Source: an uncultured Acidobacteriota bacterium
GTDB lineage: Bacteria > Acidobacteriota > Thermoanaerobaculia > Multivoradales > UBA5704
DNA: 64,000 bases
Reading direction: 5' to 3'
NCBI GenBank assembly: GCA_963698025.1
Contig: OY969112.1
Coordinates: 1,341,242-1,405,241 of the forward strand
Both the position numbers and the translations under genes were made by a program. Positions within the stretch are counted from its first letter, which is position 1. Each line of letters begins with the position of its first letter. The notes under the pieces are model-generated. The model did not search any database, was not told the DNA's origin, and saw only the letters and a program-made list of their open reading frames with translations. This document shows positions 1-8,757 of this stretch, one piece after another.

Positions 1-21
1 ACGTGCATGGAGAGGGGTAGC

Positions 22-1425
22 TTAAACCAGGACGGCGGAGTCGGCGGCGTATTCGGAGGGGATCACGCGGTCCGCGTCCTGCGGCCGGAAGGCGCCGACC
101 ACGTGCCCCACCAGGTCGTCGGCATAGGCCTCGGTGATCTCGACCAGGGCCAGGGTGCCGGCCGGGGCCGAGCCGTCGTTGATCAGCACGCGGCCGTCGA
201 TCTGCGGCGCCATGCCGTGATGCCGCCCCTGGAGGAGATGCTCGGACTCCTCGCAGACCCCCTCGACGAGCACCGGCATCCGCCGCCCCACCAGCCGCCG
301 CCGCTGCGCCAGCGCGATCGGCTTCTGGGCCTCCAGGAGCTGGCGCAGGCGGCGCCGCTGGACGTGCCGCGGCACCCGCCCCTTGAGCTCCGCCCCCGGC
401 GTTCCTGCCTCGGGGCTGTAGGCGAAAGCGCCGAGATGATCGAAGCGGGCCCGCTCGACGAACCCGAGGAGATCCTGGAAGTGCTCCTCGGTCTCGCCGG
501 GGAAGCCGACGATGAAGGTGGAGCGCAGGAAGACGTCCGGCGCCAGCTCGCGGGCGCGGTCGAGCAGCCGCAGGTAGCGCTTGGCGTCGCCGCCGCGCCG
601 CATCGCCGAGAGCATGTCGCCATGGCTGTGCTGGAGCGGCATGTCGAGGTAGGAGCAGAAGCGCTCCTCGGTGCCCATCAGGCGGAGCAGATCCTCGTCG
701 AGCGTGGTCGGATAGGCGTACAGGAAGCGGATCCAGGGGATCGACGTGTGCTGGAGGAGCGCCTCGACCAGCCGCGTCAGGCCGTGCCGGCGAACCCCGA
801 GGTCCTCGCCGTAGCGGGTGGTGTCCTGGGCGATCAGGTTGAGCTCGGTGATGCCGGCCGCCTCGAGCTGTCTGGCCTCCGCCACCAGGCTGTCGACCGT
901 GCGGCTGCGGAAGCGGCCGCGCCAGACCGGGATCGCGCAGAAGGTGCAGGGGTTGTTGCACCCCTCGGCGACCTTCAGATAGGCATGCCCCTGGGTGGTA
1001 AGCAGCCGGGGCGCGGTGTGGTCGAAGACCATGTGGGAGGGGGCCGGCAGCGGCGGGCCGCCGCCGAGCTGCACCACGTCCCCCACGTCGCGGAGCTGGT
1101 CGAGGCCGACGAAGCCGTCGATCTCGGGGATCTCGCGGGCGAGCTGGTCGCCGAAGCGGTTCACCATGCACCCCGCCACCAGCACCCGCTCGACCCCCTT
1201 ACCCTTGCGGGCGACGACCTCCAGAATGGCGTCGATCGACTCCTGCTGGGCCTCCTCGATGAAGGCGCAGGTGTTGATCACCACCGTCTCGGCGGTGTCG
1301 AGGTCGTTGACCACCTCGTAGCCGCGGTTCCCCAGCTCGCCCAGCATGATCTCGCTGTCGACGAGGTTCTTCGGGCAGCCGAGGCTGATCATGCCCACGC
1401 GGGGGCGGCGGACGGGGTCGGACAT
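22..1425 (-). CDS. rimO: Ribosomal protein S12 methylthiotransferase RimO (radical SAM)
   Basis: N-terminus MISLGCPKNLVDSE is typical of RimO. It has a radical-SAM CxxxCxxC motif (CNNPCTFC) and a C-terminal TRAM-like region. Confidence 0.9.
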   Translation of the reverse strand: MSDPVRRPRVGMISLGCPKNLVDSEIMLGELGNRGYEVVNDLDTAETVVINTCAFIEEAQQESIDAILEVVARKGKGVERVLVAGCMVNRFGDQLAREIPEIDGFVGLDQLRDVGDVVQLGGGPPLPAPSHMVFDHTAPRLLTTQGHAYLKVAEGCNNPCTFCAIPVWRGRFRSRTVDSLVAEARQLEAAGITELNLIAQDTTRYGEDLGVRRHGLTRLVEALLQHTSIPWIRFLYAYPTTLDEDLLRLMGTEERFCSYLDMPLQHSHGDMLSAMRRGGDAKRYLRLLDRARELAPDVFLRSTFIVGFPGETEEHFQDLLGFVERARFDHLGAFAYSPEAGTPGAELKGRVPRHVQRRRLRQLLEAQKPIALAQRRRLVGRRMPVLVEGVCEESEHLLQGRHHGMAPQIDGRVLINDGSAPAGTLALVEITEAYADDLVGHVVGAFRPQDADRVIPSEYAADSAVLV

Positions 1426-1503
1426 AGGCGCGAAGTCTAACAGATGGCGGGAGGGGATGATTCCGGAGAAGCTTGACCAGGTCGCTTTTTGTAGCTACAT
1501 TTC

Positions 1504-1560
1504 ATGGACGTGATCACCTGGGACGATGCGAAGCGCCAAATCCTTTCCCATCAGCCCTGA
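1504..1560 (+). pseudogene. Possible 18-aa remnant of a BrnT (DUF497) toxin gene
   Basis: The short ORF MDVITWDDAKRQILSHQP* resembles the BrnT N-terminal pattern M-x-x-x-x-WD-x-x-K. It sits immediately 5' of, and overlaps, the brnA-like gene, as brnT does in intact operons. Confidence 0.3.
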
Positions 1561-1837
1561 GGAAATAGCATCGGTGATCGCGAAGGCGCCCGAGCGGGTC
1601 CAGGATCCCGAATGTCCATACGATCCTAACGACGCTGGAGCCGTGGAGGCGTTCTGGAAAAACGCCTCGGTGCGTCTTCCCGGTCAGCGGGGACAGGGCA
1701 AGAAAGCCAAAAAGGTTCTGCTCTCCGTACGGTATAGCCCTGAGGTAGTGGCGTACTTCAAGTCCACTGGAGAAGGCTGGCAGAGTCGCATGGACGAAGC
1801 GCTCCAGGAATGGATGGCCTCTCACCGGTCCGAGTGA
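1526..1837 (+). CDS. BrnA-like antitoxin (CopG/RHH-type, type II TA)
   Basis: A 103-aa protein whose C-terminal part (LLSVRYSPEVVAYFKSTGEGWQSRMDEALQEWM) matches the characteristic BrnA C-terminus. The local G+C is lower. Confidence 0.6.
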   Translation: MRSAKSFPISPEEIASVIAKAPERVQDPECPYDPNDAGAVEAFWKNASVRLPGQRGQGKKAKKVLLSVRYSPEVVAYFKSTGEGWQSRMDEALQEWMASHRSE

Positions 1838-1850
1838 CCGACGGTAGCCG

Positions 1851-2483
1851 TCAACCGGACATCAACCAGTACCCCCCCACCACGATCGCCGCCGCCGAGA
1901 AGGAGGCGAGCAGCGCCTGGTAGGCGAACTGCCCCCGGCCGGTGATCCGGTGGGCGATCAGGCCGAAGGTGGAGGAGAAGATCGTCATTCCCGCCACGGC
2001 GCCGAGCCCGAAGCCGACCACGTAGGCGAACGAGGCCCAGCGGGAGGGGAGCGCCAGCGCCGGCAGGAGCCCCAGGATGTGCGAGCTGCCGGCGAGACCG
2101 TGCAGGCCGCCGATCATCACCGCCGCGCGGCCCGGACGCCCCTTGGGGTGATCCTCGTGGACGTGGGGCGCCGGCAGCCTGGCCAGGAAGGCCCGGCGCA
2201 GTCCCCAGAGCCCGACGCCGATTAGCACCACCCCGACCAGCCGCTCGCTCCAGGAGGAGAGGCGCTCGACCGGGAGGACCCCCCGTAGCGCCAGCGCGAT
2301 CAGCCCGATCATCCAGACGCCCAGGCTGTGGCCGATCCCCCAGAACAGGCCCATCCGCCAGCGGCGGCTCCGCTCGTTGATCACCAGCGGCGCCACGGCC
2401 GAGAGGTGGTCCGGCCCCGAGAGGGCGTGGATGATGCCGGCGGACAGGCCGGCGAGCCCGGCGACCAGGGTCGGAACGTTCAT
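1851..2483 (-). CDS. Polytopic membrane protein, HupE/UreJ- or NicO-like metal (Ni/Co) transporter family
   Basis: A 210-aa hydrophobic protein with HALSGPDHL and GLHGLAGSSH motifs reminiscent of Ni/Co transporter signatures. Confidence 0.5.
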   Translation of the reverse strand: MNVPTLVAGLAGLSAGIIHALSGPDHLSAVAPLVINERSRRWRMGLFWGIGHSLGVWMIGLIALALRGVLPVERLSSWSERLVGVVLIGVGLWGLRRAFLARLPAPHVHEDHPKGRPGRAAVMIGGLHGLAGSSHILGLLPALALPSRWASFAYVVGFGLGAVAGMTIFSSTFGLIAHRITGRGQFAYQALLASFSAAAIVVGGYWLMSG

Positions 2484-2545
2484 GCCCGAGAACTCTAGCA
2501 GGATCGCCCGCCCGCGGGAGCGGCCGGCTTGGAGGCCGGCCCGGA

Positions 2546-4036
2546 ATGTTATCCTCTGCCACCATGCAAGCCGAACGGCACCACGACCTCGTCGAGATCG
2601 CCCGCCGCGCCATGCGCGACCGCGGGCTCGAGCCCGAATTCCCGCCGGCGGCCCTGGCCGAGGCGGAACGCCTGTCCCCCGATCTCCACGAGGGGGACTC
2701 CTCCATCCGCGACCTGCGCGAGCTGCTCTGGTCGTCCATCGACAACGACGACACCCGCGACCTCGACCAGCTCGAGGTGGCGGAAAAGCTCCCCGGGGGC
2801 GCCATCAAGGTCCTGGTCGCCATCGCCGACGTCGAGGATCTGGTGCGCCCCGGCTCGGCCATAGACGACCACGCGCGGAAGAACACCACCTCGGTCTACA
2901 CCGGCGTCCGCACCTTCGCCATGCTCCCGGAGCGCCTGTCGACCGGCATCACCTCGCTCAACGACGGCGAGGACCGGCTGGCGGTGGTGATCGAGATGAC
3001 GGTCGCTCCCGACGGCTCGATCGCCGGCTCCGACGTCTACCCGGCGCGGGTGCGCAACCGCGCCCAGCTGGCCTATGACGCGGTGGCCGCCTGGCTGGAC
3101 GGCGAGGGGCCGATGCCGCCACGGATGGCCGCGGTGGCCGGGGTCGACGAGCAGGTGAAGCTCCAGGACGAGGCCGCCGGCCGCCTGCGCCGGCTGCGCC
3201 ACGAGCAGGGGGCCCTCGACCTCGAGACCCGGGAGGCGCGGCCGGTCGTCGTCGACGGCAAGGTGACCGACCTCAAGGAGGAGCGGGACAACCGCGCCAA
3301 GAACCTGATCGAGGATTTCATGATCGCCGCCAACGGCGTCACCGCGCGCTATCTCACCGCCCACGGCCTCCCCTCGATCCGCCGGGTGGTGCGCACCCCG
3401 GCGCGCTGGCCGCGTATCGTCGAGCTGGCGGCGCCCTTCCACGAGACGCTGCCCGCCGAGCCCGACGCCCGCGCCCTGAACGAGTTCCTGGAGCGGCGCC
3501 ACCAGGCGGACCCGCAGGGCTTCGCCGACCTGTCGCTCGCGGTGGTAAAGCTGCTGGGGCCGGGCGAGTACATGCTCGATCCGCCGGACGGCGACCCGCC
3601 GGGGCACTTCGGGCTGGCGGTCAAGGACTACACCCACGCCACGGCGCCGAACCGCCGCTACCCCGACCTGATCACGCACCGGCTGGTCAAGGCGGCCTTC
3701 GCCGGCAAGCCGGCGCCCTATTCCAATGCCGAGCTCGAAGGGCTCGCTCGCCACTGCACCGAGCAGGAGGACGCCGCCAACAAGGTGGAGCGGCAGGTGC
3801 ACAAGTCGGTGGCGGCGCTGCTGATCGAGAACCGGATCGGCCAGACCTTCGACGCCGTCGTCACCGGCGCTTCCGAGAAGGGGACCTGGGTGCGCACCAG
3901 CGGCCACCCGATCGTCGAGGGGCGCCTGAACCGGGGGTGGAAGGGGCTCGACGTCGGCGACCGGACGCGCGTGCGGCTGGTCTCCACCGACGTCGAGCGC
4001 GGCTTCATCGATTTCGAACGGGAAGGTCATGGCTAA
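2546..4036 (+). CDS. RNase II/R-family exoribonuclease (RNB domain plus C-terminal S1-like domain)
   Basis: RNB-domain-like core and a C-terminal S1-like fold (GTWVRTSGHPIVEGRL...). The true start may be the ATG at 2564 (MQAERHH). The stop overlaps the lanB start by 8 nt. Confidence 0.8.
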   Translation: MLSSATMQAERHHDLVEIARRAMRDRGLEPEFPPAALAEAERLSPDLHEGDSSIRDLRELLWSSIDNDDTRDLDQLEVAEKLPGGAIKVLVAIADVEDLVRPGSAIDDHARKNTTSVYTGVRTFAMLPERLSTGITSLNDGEDRLAVVIEMTVAPDGSIAGSDVYPARVRNRAQLAYDAVAAWLDGEGPMPPRMAAVAGVDEQVKLQDEAAGRLRRLRHEQGALDLETREARPVVVDGKVTDLKEERDNRAKNLIEDFMIAANGVTARYLTAHGLPSIRRVVRTPARWPRIVELAAPFHETLPAEPDARALNEFLERRHQADPQGFADLSLAVVKLLGPGEYMLDPPDGDPPGHFGLAVKDYTHATAPNRRYPDLITHRLVKAAFAGKPAPYSNAELEGLARHCTEQEDAANKVERQVHKSVAALLIENRIGQTFDAVVTGASEKGTWVRTSGHPIVEGRLNRGWKGLDVGDRTRVRLVSTDVERGFIDFEREGHG

Positions 4037-7000
4037 ACCAGCTCCGGAAAGCCCTTTCGTCCCCGCCGGCTTCTTCTCCTTTCGCACCCCCCTGCTCCCC
4101 TTCGAGGAGCTGGAGGCGTTCAGCGAGGGGCTCGAAGCCCCGGCCGCCGCCGGTGACCCCGAGCGGCTGGAAAACGCCCTCGCCGCCGACCGCGAGCGGC
4201 TGCGCGCCCGGCTGACCGCTCTGGCGGAGCGCCCCGAGATCCTGGAGTCGGTGTTCCTGGCCTCCCCTTCTCTCCACGAGAGCCTGAGCCTCTGGCGGGC
4301 GCAGCCCGACAGCAAGAAGGGGCAGCGCGCCGAGCGGGCGCTGGTGCGCTACGTCTACCGCATGGCGGCGCGCGCCACCCCGTTCGGCCTCTTCTCCGGC
4401 TGCTCGCTGGGGCCGGTCGAGGCGGCGCCGGGCTCTGTCACCCGCATCGCGGTCGGCCCTCGCGCGGCCTACGAGCGGCACACCCGGCTCGACATGGACT
4501 ACCTCTTCGCCCTCTGCGAGGACCTGGCCCGCGACCCCGAGGTGCGCGCGGCGCTCACCTTCCGCCCGAACACCAGCCTCTACCGCGCCGCCGGCCGGCT
4601 GCGCTACGCCGAGGCGCGGCTGGACAACAAGATCCGCTCCCATCATCTGGTGGCGGTGGACTCCAACGACTACCTCGACGAGGCGCTCCGCCGCGCCGAG
4701 GGGGGCGCCACCGCCCAGGAGATCGCCGAGGCGCTGGTCGCCTTCGACCCCGACGGCGAGGTCTCGATCGACGAGGCGCGGGAGTTCGTCACCGAGCTGA
4801 TCGACAGCCAGATCCTGGTCTCCGACCTCTCCACCCCGGTCACCGGGCCGGAGGCGATCCACGACCTGATCGAGCAGCTCGGCCACATCCCCGCCACCGC
4901 CATCGCCGCCGACACGAGGGAACGGCTGGTCCGCGTGCGCACGGCCCTGGAGGCGCTCGACGCCGGCGGCCCGGGGGCCGATCCCGCCCGCTACGAGGCG
5001 GTCGCCGAGACGCTGCGCGAGCTGCCCACCCCGGTCGAGATGTCGCGCCTGTTCCAGCTCGACATGGTCAAGCCCGGCGACCGCCCGGCGCTCGGCGGCG
5101 ACGTGCTGGCGGAGATCGAGCGCGGCCTGGAGATCCTGATCCGCCTCGCCGTCGAGCGGCCGGTCGAGGGGCTGGAGCGATTCCGCAAGGATTTCAACGA
5201 GCGGTACGAGGGGCGCGAGATGCCGCTCCTCCAGGCGCTCGACGAGGAGGTCGGCATCGGCTTCGAGCGCGCTTCCGACTTCGGGGCCGAGGCCTCGCCG
5301 CTGCTGCGGGGGATCGCGGTCGCCGGCGGCGCCGCCGAGCAGAACGTCGCCTGGGGGCGCACCCAGGCCCTGCTGCTCTCCAAGCTCAACCGCGCCCTGA
5401 CGCAGGGGGACCGGCAGATCGAGATCACCGCCGAGGATCTCGACCGCACGGCGCCGGCCGAGGATCAGGCGAAGAAGTCCCCCTTCCCGGACGCCTTCCA
5501 CGTCATGGTCACCCTCGCCGCCGCGTCCCAGGAGGCGCTCGACCGCGGCGAGTTCCAGATCCTGTTCGACAACGCCGGCGGCCCCTCGGGAGCGCGGCTG
5601 CTCGGACGGTTCTGCCACGCCGACGCCGAGCTCAACCGCAAGGTCGAGACGCACCTGCGGGCCGAGGAGGCGATCCGCCCCGACGCCGTCTTCGCCGAGA
5701 TCGTCCACCTGCCGCAGGGGCGGATCGGCAACATTCTGGCGCGGCCGGTGCTGCGCGAGTACGAGATCCCCTTCCTCGGCCGCTCGGGCGCGCCGCCGGA
5801 GAAGCAGATTCCGGTGGGCGACCTCCAGGTCTCGGTCGCCGGGTCGCGGGTCGTGCTGCGCTCGGCGCGGCTGGGCAAGGAGGTGATCCCGCGCATGACC
5901 TCCGCCCACAATTTTGTCCGCGGCAGCCTCGGCGTCTACCGCTTCCTCTGCACGCTGCAGTCGCAAGGCTCGCTCGGCGGGGTGACCTGGAACTGGGGGC
6001 CGCTCGACAGCGCCCCCTTCCTCCCCCGGGTCGTCGCCGGCCGGGTGGTGCTCGCCCGCGCCACCTGGTGGATGCTCCAGGACGAGATCAAGACGCTGAC
6101 CAAGGCCAAGGGGGCGGAGCGCTATCAGGCCGTCCAGGACTGGCGGCAGAGGCGCAACCTCCCCCGCCTGATCGCCCTGGTCGACGCCGACAACGAGCTG
6201 CTCGTCGACCTCGACAACGTCCTCTCGATCGAGACCTTCATCGACGTCGTCGAGGAGCGCGACCGGGCGCGGCTGGTCGAGTTCTTCCCCGGCCCGGACC
6301 TGCTGGCGGCGTCTGGCCCCGAGGGGCGCTTCCTCAACGAGATCCTGGTCCCCTTCGTGCGCAAGCCGCGCGAGGGGGAGGCCGGCGCCGCGGTCTCCCA
6401 GGCGCCCCGGACGACGGTGGCAGAGGTGGCGCCGGTGCGCCGCTCCTTCTCCCCCGGCTCGGAGTGGCTGTACGCCAAGCTCTACACCGGCACCGCCACC
6501 GCCGACGGCCTGCTGCGCGAGGTGGTGACGCCGGTGGTGCGCGACGCCATGGCCACGGGCGAGGCGGACGGCTGGTTCTTCATCCGCTATGGCGATCCGG
6601 AGTGGCACCTGCGGGTGCGCTTCCACGGCGACCCGTCGCGGCTCCACGCCGGGGTGCTGACGCGCCTCCACGCGGCGCTCGATCCCCTGCTCGCGGACGG
6701 CCGCATCTGGCGGGTGCAGCTCGACACCTACGAGCGCGAGGTCGAGCGCTATGGCGGCCCGGCGGGGATCGCGCTGGCCGAACGGCTCTTCCAAGTGGAC
6801 AGCGAGGCGGTGCTCGCCATCCTCGAGATGCTGGAGGGGGACGAGGGGGCGGATCTGCGCTGGCGCCTCGCCCTGCGGGGGATCGACATGCTGCTCGGCG
6901 ACCTCCGCTTCGACCCCGAGACGCGGCTGCGCGTGATGCGCGGCATGCGCGAGGGGTTCGCGCGCGAGTTCGGCAGCGGCAAGGGGCTGCGCGTGCAGCT

Positions 7001-7379
7001 CGACCAGAGGTTCCGGCAGGAGTGGCGGAGCCTGACGCCGCTGCTCGACCCGGCCGGCGACGCGGAGAGCGACCTGGCGCCGGCGCTGGAGATCCTGCGC
7101 CAGCGCTCGGAGCGCAACGCGCCGATCGTCGAGGAGCTGCGCGAGCTCGAGCGCGAGGGGCGCCTGAACCCGTCGCTGGCCGAGATCGCATCGAGCTACG
7201 TGCACATGCATGTCAACCGGTTCATCCGCTCGGCCCAGCGGGTGCACGAGCTGGTGCTCTACGACTTCCTCTACCTGCTCTACGAGTCCCGGGCCGCGCG
7301 CGAGCGCAAGGGGGACCGGCCGGCCAAGCCGAAGAAGGAGAAGAAGGAGCGGCAGCCGGAGGAAGCGGCGGCGGGCTAA
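4029..7379 (+). CDS. lanB: Class I lanthipeptide dehydratase LanB (full length: N-terminal glutamylation plus C-terminal elimination domain)
   Basis: A 1116-aa protein with the LanB-type N-terminus FFSFRTPLLPFEEL. The C-terminal SpaB_C/thiopeptide-type domain includes EWLYAKLYTG...GWFFIRYGDPEWHLRVRFHG. Confidence 0.85.
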   Translation: MAKPAPESPFVPAGFFSFRTPLLPFEELEAFSEGLEAPAAAGDPERLENALAADRERLRARLTALAERPEILESVFLASPSLHESLSLWRAQPDSKKGQRAERALVRYVYRMAARATPFGLFSGCSLGPVEAAPGSVTRIAVGPRAAYERHTRLDMDYLFALCEDLARDPEVRAALTFRPNTSLYRAAGRLRYAEARLDNKIRSHHLVAVDSNDYLDEALRRAEGGATAQEIAEALVAFDPDGEVSIDEAREFVTELIDSQILVSDLSTPVTGPEAIHDLIEQLGHIPATAIAADTRERLVRVRTALEALDAGGPGADPARYEAVAETLRELPTPVEMSRLFQLDMVKPGDRPALGGDVLAEIERGLEILIRLAVERPVEGLERFRKDFNERYEGREMPLLQALDEEVGIGFERASDFGAEASPLLRGIAVAGGAAEQNVAWGRTQALLLSKLNRALTQGDRQIEITAEDLDRTAPAEDQAKKSPFPDAFHVMVTLAAASQEALDRGEFQILFDNAGGPSGARLLGRFCHADAELNRKVETHLRAEEAIRPDAVFAEIVHLPQGRIGNILARPVLREYEIPFLGRSGAPPEKQIPVGDLQVSVAGSRVVLRSARLGKEVIPRMTSAHNFVRGSLGVYRFLCTLQSQGSLGGVTWNWGPLDSAPFLPRVVAGRVVLARATWWMLQDEIKTLTKAKGAERYQAVQDWRQRRNLPRLIALVDADNELLVDLDNVLSIETFIDVVEERDRARLVEFFPGPDLLAASGPEGRFLNEILVPFVRKPREGEAGAAVSQAPRTTVAEVAPVRRSFSPGSEWLYAKLYTGTATADGLLREVVTPVVRDAMATGEADGWFFIRYGDPEWHLRVRFHGDPSRLHAGVLTRLHAALDPLLADGRIWRVQLDTYEREVERYGGPAGIALAERLFQVDSEAVLAILEMLEGDEGADLRWRLALRGIDMLLGDLRFDPETRLRVMRGMREGFAREFGSGKGLRVQLDQRFRQEWRSLTPLLDPAGDAESDLAPALEILRQRSERNAPIVEELRELEREGRLNPSLAEIASSYVHMHVNRFIRSAQRVHELVLYDFLYLLYESRAARERKGDRPAKPKKEKKERQPEEAAAG

Positions 7380-8704
7380 GCCCGCCGTCCCGCCACGTCC
7401 GCGATCAGGATCCGGTCCCATTCCGGAACGACCGCCGTGGTGGCGGCGAGCAGGGCGAGGCCGACCCCCGAGGAGCCGGTGAGGAAGCCAGGATCGGAGC
7501 GCCAGGCGAGCTCCTCCCCCTCCCCCACCACCCACATCTCGAAGCCGCCCACTCCCACACCCGGCTTGCGGTAGGCCAGGGTCCGCTCGATCCAGGCGAG
7601 GGCGGCGTTCCGGAAAGTCGGCTCGCCGGTCGCCTGGTAGAACCGGTTGTAGAGATGGGCCGCGCCGGCCGCGCCATGGCAGATCCCGGCGTCGACGACC
7701 CCGGACTTCTCCGGCTCGCGCGAGACGGTGGCGCGGGCGACCTCGACGGCCTCGCGCTCCCACCCCGCCTCCCCCACCGCGCGCGCCGCCACCAGCAGGG
7801 AGGCGGCGATGCCAAGGTCGCCGTAGCACCAGGCGAGGCGGCTGGAGCGCGGCTCGACGCCGGATGCCACGTTGTAAGAGAAGGTCGATTCCGACCCCGC
7901 CGGCAGCTTCTGGGCGAGCAGCCAGGCGACGGCGCCGTCCAGGAGCTCGCGAGCGTCGACGCCGGCGGCGCAGCTTTCAGCCAGGATGCCGATCACTCCG
8001 GGCATGCCGTGGGCGACGCCGAGATTGAAGTTCCCCTCCGGAAAGGTCTCCAGCTCGCTCTCCATCATGAGGTCGGGCCCGGTGCGCCAGGTCACCCCCT
8101 CGGGCCGGCGCTCCGCGATCTCCGCGAGGCGGGCCACCACCTTCTCCAGGCACTCCCTGCCGCCGGGCCGGGGGAGACGCTCCAGGGCGTAGACCCCGAA
8201 GCCCACGAGCCCCGAGATGAGGTCGTAGTGCCCCCGCCAGGGGGAGAGGCCGAGGTGCTCGATGAGCGCCGCGGTGACCTCCTCGCCCGGGTCCTCCCCG
8301 TCGTCCTCGAACAGCCTCCCGCGCAGGTGCTCCAGCGTCCAGGCGACGCCCGAGAAGCCGCTGTAGAGGCCGGGCGGGGCCTGTACGACCCCGGTGGTGT
8401 CGATCGCCCGCTCGAGCAGCGCCATCGCGAGGTCGTCGTACCCCTCACCCGGCCGGACCGGGTCGAGATAGGTGAAGAAGGCGGCCACCCCCGCGTCCCC
8501 ACCGGCCAGCGAGGGCCCCCGGCGGTGCCAGCCCGGCGACTCCGGACGCGGCTCGTCGAGGGATTTGCGGAGATCGGCGGCGATGTCATCGACCACGCGC
8601 AGGGCTTCGTCCGCGGCTTCGGCGGTCAGGATCGGGGACCAGTTGGGGATCGTCTCGGCGCTCATCAGGCGCGAGAGTCTATCGCGCCCGGAGCCGCTGC
8701 CCAA
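7376..8704 (-). CDS. lanC: LanC-like lanthionine cyclase
   Basis: LanC zinc-ligand motifs WCYGDLG and CHGAAGAAH, plus GxxG repeats (SGFSGVAW, HGMPGV). Convergent with lanB, with stop codons overlapping. An alternative start is M14 at 8665. Confidence 0.85.
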   Translation of the reverse strand: MGSGSGRDRLSRLMSAETIPNWSPILTAEAADEALRVVDDIAADLRKSLDEPRPESPGWHRRGPSLAGGDAGVAAFFTYLDPVRPGEGYDDLAMALLERAIDTTGVVQAPPGLYSGFSGVAWTLEHLRGRLFEDDGEDPGEEVTAALIEHLGLSPWRGHYDLISGLVGFGVYALERLPRPGGRECLEKVVARLAEIAERRPEGVTWRTGPDLMMESELETFPEGNFNLGVAHGMPGVIGILAESCAAGVDARELLDGAVAWLLAQKLPAGSESTFSYNVASGVEPRSSRLAWCYGDLGIAASLLVAARAVGEAGWEREAVEVARATVSREPEKSGVVDAGICHGAAGAAHLYNRFYQATGEPTFRNAALAWIERTLAYRKPGVGVGGFEMWVVGEGEELAWRSDPGFLTGSSGVGLALLAATTAVVPEWDRILIADVAGRRA

Positions 8705-8757
8705 ACCGGCCCGCCGACAGCCGCCCAGGTGCCGGGCCAGCTGATATCCTTGCCACC

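Noticed and set aside
4005-7829. Very long antisense or out-of-frame ORFs. Examples are 7-1440(+), 2549-4315(-), 4005-7829(-), 6068-8776(+), 9824-12019(+), 12220-13893(-), 25844-28888(-), 38204-39970(-), 39980-42988(-), 45853-48444(-) and 50090-53029(+).
   Set aside because: Their translations are Arg/Gly/Ala/Pro-rich low-complexity sequence with no recognisable motifs. Each overlaps a gene on another frame or strand that has clear family signatures. This is typical stop-codon-poor shadow ORF behaviour in high-G+C DNA.
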